Positions 31,642 to 31,763 of a stretch of 31,763 nucleotides of DNA are shown here, piece after piece; within the stretch, counting starts at the first letter, position 1; each line of letters starts with the position of its first letter. The notes under the pieces were generated by a model. That model was not told the DNA's origin, made no database searches, and saw only the letters and a list, made by a program, of their open reading frames with translations. The stretch is taken from the NCBI GenBank assembly GCA_004321885.1, contig SCQK01000015.1, positions 1 to 31,763 of the forward strand, in the 5' to 3' direction. The DNA comes from Patescibacteria group bacterium. Lineage in GTDB: Bacteria > Patescibacteriota > Patescibacteriia > Magasanikbacterales > GWA2-37-8. The translations under genes were made by a program, and so were the position numbers.

Positions 31642-31763
31642 TAATATAAGGGATGATTAAATTAATTCGGTTGAAAAACTTTTGGTTTACAGGCAATGGT
31701 TTTACGCATACGAATTAAGCAGGCGCTCCTTACAATTAAAGATTTAGCCGTTCGCAAGTGCCG

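Noticed and set aside
31642-31763. Terminal 120 nt inspected for tRNA or small RNA
   Set aside because: No T-loop (GTTCGA/GGTTCRANYC) or cloverleaf-compatible segments were found. There is only a weak 8-bp inverted repeat (ttaattcg/cgaattaa).

Overview
This 31.8-kb window is a gene-dense bacterial chromosomal segment with mosaic base composition. Most of it is mid-GC and built from short, often overlapping genes, possibly from a small-genome, CPR/Patescibacteria-like lineage (low confidence).

Core content is a cell-envelope region: an O-antigen-ligase-like protein, a GT4 glycosyltransferase, a radical SAM protein, a PLP-fold-II enzyme, an Mpl/MurC-like Mur ligase, an ATE/Bpt-family aminoacyl-tRNA-protein transferase, mraY, an NlpC/P60-like hydrolase, an ATP-grasp::NUDIX fusion, murB, hpf and an LtaS-like sulfatase-domain membrane protein. 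These are followed by a PIF1/RecD-like helicase, transketolase, a type-II P-type cation ATPase, a Pol-beta-type nucleotidyltransferase and a BlaI/CopY-family repressor with a sensor-less BlaR1-like M56 protease. That pair sits directly upstream of an extracytoplasmic thiol-redox cluster: two membrane proteins sharing a C-terminal M-P-x-M-V-G-G-C tail, a double-CxxC thioredoxin-like protein, a DUF1573 protein and a CcdA/DsbD-like protein.

Two things overlie this. First, several segments look compositionally foreign: a roughly 60-65% GC Cys-rich tandem-repeat secreted protein truncated at the 5' edge, a roughly 20-28% GC type II restriction-modification islet wedged in front of murB, and a roughly one-third-GC orphan beta-class DNA methyltransferase islet with an ATGA-coupled remnant ORF.

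Second, and the most striking feature, there is an apparent family of small GC-rich palindromic elements. They include a 29-33-nt 'ccaccacaccaaa...tttggtgtggtgg' palindrome, 'ccccc-tta(t)aaa-ggggg' hairpins, and a 'caccgccgc-aggcggggccccgc-ggcggtgg' type. They occur in intergenic spacers and are also embedded in frame inside at least seven protein-coding genes, including essential ones, reminiscent of Rickettsia palindromic elements.

No rRNA, tRNA or CRISPR arrays were recognised.
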